Positions 61,314 to 64,000 of a DNA stretch of 64,000 bases are shown here, one piece after another. The first letter of the stretch is position 1; every line of letters begins with the position of its first letter. Position numbers and translations under genes: made by a program. Source of the stretch: an uncultured Verrucomicrobiae bacterium (GTDB taxonomy: Bacteria; Verrucomicrobiota; Verrucomicrobiia; Limisphaerales; JAFGQR01); the NCBI GenBank assembly GCA_963788655.1, contig CAWBHS010000007.1, positions 1 through 64,000 on the forward strand, read 5' to 3'. The notes under the pieces were generated by a model, which was given only the letters and a program-made list of their open reading frames with translations, was not told the DNA's origin and ran no database searches.

Positions 61314-62114
61314 TCAGAAACCGCCGAAGAGCCGTTGGAAGTTTTGCTCGAGGCGACCGCACAGGGTTTCGAGGGGGACTTCGAACAACTCGGAAGCAAA
61401 TTGACACACGGCTCCGAGATTGGCCGGGTGGTTGAGCGCTCGGCCGGTGTGGGCTTCGTAAAGCGGATGGCTGTTGCGGTCGGCAGGCAGGAGTTGGTCC
61501 GGCGCATCGGTTTCGATCAGCAAGCGATCCCAAGGCACCTGTTTGAAGGCCTCGCGCTGCCGTTGCTTGCGGTCATGGGCGAAGTAGCCGGGCAGTGAGA
61601 AGTAGCCACCGAGCGCCGCGAATTGAGCCACCATTTCCGCCGAGCCACCGTAGCTGTGCAACAAAAATCCGCGCTTCGGTCGCGGATGCTCGCGCAGCAA
61701 ATCGTAAAGCCGGCCCCAGGCGCGCAGGCAGTGAATGCTCACGGGCAGGTTACGTTCCGTCCCGAGTTGCAACTGGGCGAGAAAGACATCCTCCTGTCCT
61801 TCGTAGGCCAGTTCCGCTTTCCAACGGTCCAGTCCAATTTCACCGATGGCGGCCGGCAACTGATCCAGGTAATGCCGAAGATTCGCTTCCCAGTCCGCCG
61901 AGCGTTGACCGACGTACCACGGATGATAGCCAAAGCTGGGCAGGACTTGAGCGTGGCTTTGGGCCAACGACAACACGTCCGGCCAGTCGGCTTCGCAAGA
62001 ACCGTTGACCACCATCCGCGCAATGCCTTCCTCGTCGCATGCGGCCAGCAACTCGGCCTGCCGGCCACCAAGCCGCTCATCGTGCAGATGATTGTGGGCG
62101 TCGTAGAAGCGCAT
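61314..62114 (-). CDS. tatD: TatD family hydrolase
   Basis: DAHNHL, GYHPW, IGEIGLD, SIHC, LHSYGG, LIETDAPD. Confidence 0.92.
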   Translation of the reverse strand: MRFYDAHNHLHDERLGGRQAELLAACDEEGIARMVVNGSCEADWPDVLSLAQSHAQVLPSFGYHPWYVGQRSADWEANLRHYLDQLPAAIGEIGLDRWKAELAYEGQEDVFLAQLQLGTERNLPVSIHCLRAWGRLYDLLREHPRPKRGFLLHSYGGSAEMVAQFAALGGYFSLPGYFAHDRKQRQREAFKQVPWDRLLIETDAPDQLLPADRNSHPLYEAHTGRALNHPANLGAVCQFASELFEVPLETLCGRLEQNFQRLFGGF

Positions 62115-62134
62115 GACCGCACGAAGGACAGCGC

Positions 62135-63175
62135 CTACTTTGGTCGGGAGGCTTCTTTTTGGCGCCGGACCAGTTGGCCTTGGAGGAATTTGTCCGGGCC
62201 CGCTTCCTGCCAGGCGGAGAGCCAGAGGTCCGCGAGCATTTGGGCGCCCTTGAGCAGTTGCGCGGAGAGGAACGCGCGACCCTCGGGCGAGACGACCGGT
62301 TGCACGGACAATTTGCCTTCCTTGTCCAGACGGTAAAGCGGCTCAACCATTTTGGCTTGGGCTTCCAGGTAGGTCATGACCACCGGGAACATGTTGGTCG
62401 CAGCGGCGGCTCCGTGGATTTGGGCAAGGTTCCGCGCCGGGTGAATGCCGGGCCGCAATTGCGCGAAATCAATCCCCGCGCGTTCGATGAATCCTCCGTC
62501 GATCCACGCATGGAAACGGCGACTGGTTGTGTAACCGCGCGGATTGGGTTCCACCCAGCCGTTGTAATGCTTGGTCGTGTGCAGCGGTTGCGCGCCGTCC
62601 GCCACAAAATGGCCCATGACGCCCATGAGGTAGATGATGTTCTTTTGGGCGTTGGCGATTTCGTCGGGCGTACCGCCGAATTGCCCGAAGGTGCGCAGAT
62701 AGGAAAAACACGATTTAAGCTTGGCGTAACGCTCCGTAATCGTCCACGGCAGGAAACCAATGAGGTTGCGCGTGTGGTCGGCGTTCTTCAGCGGATCAAT
62801 CGGGGGAAACCGATCGGGATGGGCGGCGCGGGCCAAGGCCAGTTGCGCGACAAAATCATAGCGGAAGGGGCTGAGTTGCTCCGGTGTCAGTTGATACCGC
62901 GCCAGATCGTCCAGATCCAGGAAGTGGTCGGGATTGTTCAAATGCCGGAAGGTTAGGTCCGGGGCATTGCGCCAGCGGTCGGCTTCGCCACCCAGGAAGG
63001 CAATTCTTTCCCGGGCTGCGGGGGTATTCACAAAGGCAGAAAAGTCCGCCGGGAGCGCGGCCAAGGCCAATTGGTTCACCATCCGGTGCCCGGCGTAATC
63101 CCACGCCCCACCCGTCTGCGGAGCACCCAACCAAGCCAAAACCGCTGCCAAACAAACCAACCAACGTCTCATCAT
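62135..63175 (-). CDS. Secreted S1/P1 nuclease / zinc phospholipase C-like protein
   Basis: Signal peptide then W(D)YAGH, EADRWR, HF.D, GHFVADGAQPLH, FHAWID zinc-ligand pattern. Confidence 0.8.
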   Translation of the reverse strand: MMRRWLVCLAAVLAWLGAPQTGGAWDYAGHRMVNQLALAALPADFSAFVNTPAARERIAFLGGEADRWRNAPDLTFRHLNNPDHFLDLDDLARYQLTPEQLSPFRYDFVAQLALARAAHPDRFPPIDPLKNADHTRNLIGFLPWTITERYAKLKSCFSYLRTFGQFGGTPDEIANAQKNIIYLMGVMGHFVADGAQPLHTTKHYNGWVEPNPRGYTTSRRFHAWIDGGFIERAGIDFAQLRPGIHPARNLAQIHGAAAATNMFPVVMTYLEAQAKMVEPLYRLDKEGKLSVQPVVSPEGRAFLSAQLLKGAQMLADLWLSAWQEAGPDKFLQGQLVRRQKEASRPK

Positions 63176-63294
63176 CGCGCCAGGGTGCCGGAGGCTGGAA
63201 CGCTTGTCAGCCCCGAACTGGTCAAGTTTCTGTAACGTTGGGCTTGCCAAATGCTTTGCCATCCCTAGATTTAACGGCTCAATTGAATGAGCCT

Positions 63295-63636
63295 ATGATA
63301 CTAAAATGGCTAATGCCTTTTGTTGCCCTCGGTGCCCAACCCAACGGCCAGCAGTCCGCTGCGCCCGGCTGGTTGCAGTTCTTTCCATTTATTTTGTTGA
63401 TCGTGGTGTTTTATTTCGCCCTGATCCGGCCGCAACAGAAGAAGGCCCGGGAACATGAGGCCCTGATCAAAGCCGTGGGCAAGGGCGACCGAGTCGTGAC
63501 CAGCAGTGGAATTATTGGAACCGTGGTTGGCGTCAAAGAACGCACGTTTTGCATTCGTTCCGAAGATACGAAGCTCGAAATTCTCAAATCGGCCGTTTCC
63601 GAAGTCACAGAGCGGGCCGGTGAATCCAAATCGTAA
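63295..63636 (+). CDS. yajC: Preprotein translocase subunit YajC
   Basis: FYFALIRPQQKK, KGDRVVTSSGIIG; upstream of secD. Confidence 0.95.
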   Translation: MILKWLMPFVALGAQPNGQQSAAPGWLQFFPFILLIVVFYFALIRPQQKKAREHEALIKAVGKGDRVVTSSGIIGTVVGVKERTFCIRSEDTKLEILKSAVSEVTERAGESKS

Positions 63637-63645
63637 CCTCCTTAC

Positions 63646-64000
63646 ATGAATCGATCGCACCTCTGGAAGTTTCTCCTCATAGTCTTTATTCTGGGCTGGT
63701 CTTTGTACGAGATCTATCCGCCCTCCGGACGCAATGTCATTGATGTCTTTGTTGAGAAAGCGGTCAACCAGGACGCCACGTTCACCAACATCGTGAACCA
63801 AGCCCGGGCCCTCGAAGTCGAAAAACCGGGCCGGCTTTTCGCCAATCTCAAAGAGGCGATGGGGACCAACGACATCACCAAGTATTTCCCCTACATTGAC
63901 ACCAAGAACGAGGACAATCCCTCGCTGTTCGACCTGCTCTGGGTCCAACGAGAAGCCTCCGGGCGCATCCGCTTGGGCCTGGATTTGCAGGGCGGCACCT
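63646..64000 (+). CDS. secD: Protein translocase subunit SecD or SecDF (5' part; runs off the window)
   Basis: N-terminal TM helix and RLGLDLQGGT motif; follows yajC. Confidence 0.9.
   Translation, partial: MNRSHLWKFLLIVFILGWSLYEIYPPSGRNVIDVFVEKAVNQDATFTNIVNQARALEVEKPGRLFANLKEAMGTNDITKYFPYIDTKNEDNPSLFDLLWVQREASGRIRLGLDLQGGT

Noticed and set aside
61314..63175. S1/P1 nuclease plus TatD as an anti-phage system
   Set aside because: Housekeeping neighbourhood (tcdA, yajC-secD), the nuclease is exported, and there is no other defence signature.

Overview
GC-rich (roughly 60% by eye) bacterial chromosomal window. Gene content (PVC-type CxxCH heme protein, DUF1080, PL11 and GH172-like enzymes, dense REP-like and heptamer repeats) suggests a Verrucomicrobiota genome; this is inference. 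Most of it is core or housekeeping: rpsO-pnp, hisI-trpE, folP-cdaA-cdaR-glmM, SNF2 helicase, recJ, ClpX-like ATPase, Cys/Met PLP enzymes, trmB, tcdA, tatD, yajC-secD. Accessory parts are: (1) the tail of an integron-type cassette array with three attC sites at 15-1833 and no integrase in the window; (2) a ~1.65 kb single-ORF putative mobile element at 32360-34003 whose protein has a YDK..LRxE (Rep_trans-like) motif plus a C-terminal winged HTH, bounded by TTAG repeats with adjacent hairpins, with solo look-alikes of one end elsewhere; (3) an exported rubrerythrin + DUF2231 + two-component operon behind a perfect 18-bp palindrome; (4) a C39-like peptidase / RimK-like ligase / GCS2-amidohydrolase fusion operon; (5) several secreted glycan-active proteins. 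About 13 single-base indels, 12 of them insertions, break genes including pnp and glmM, which points to consensus errors rather than true pseudogenes. No tRNA, rRNA or CRISPR array was seen. Family calls come from motif recognition only; no database search was run.
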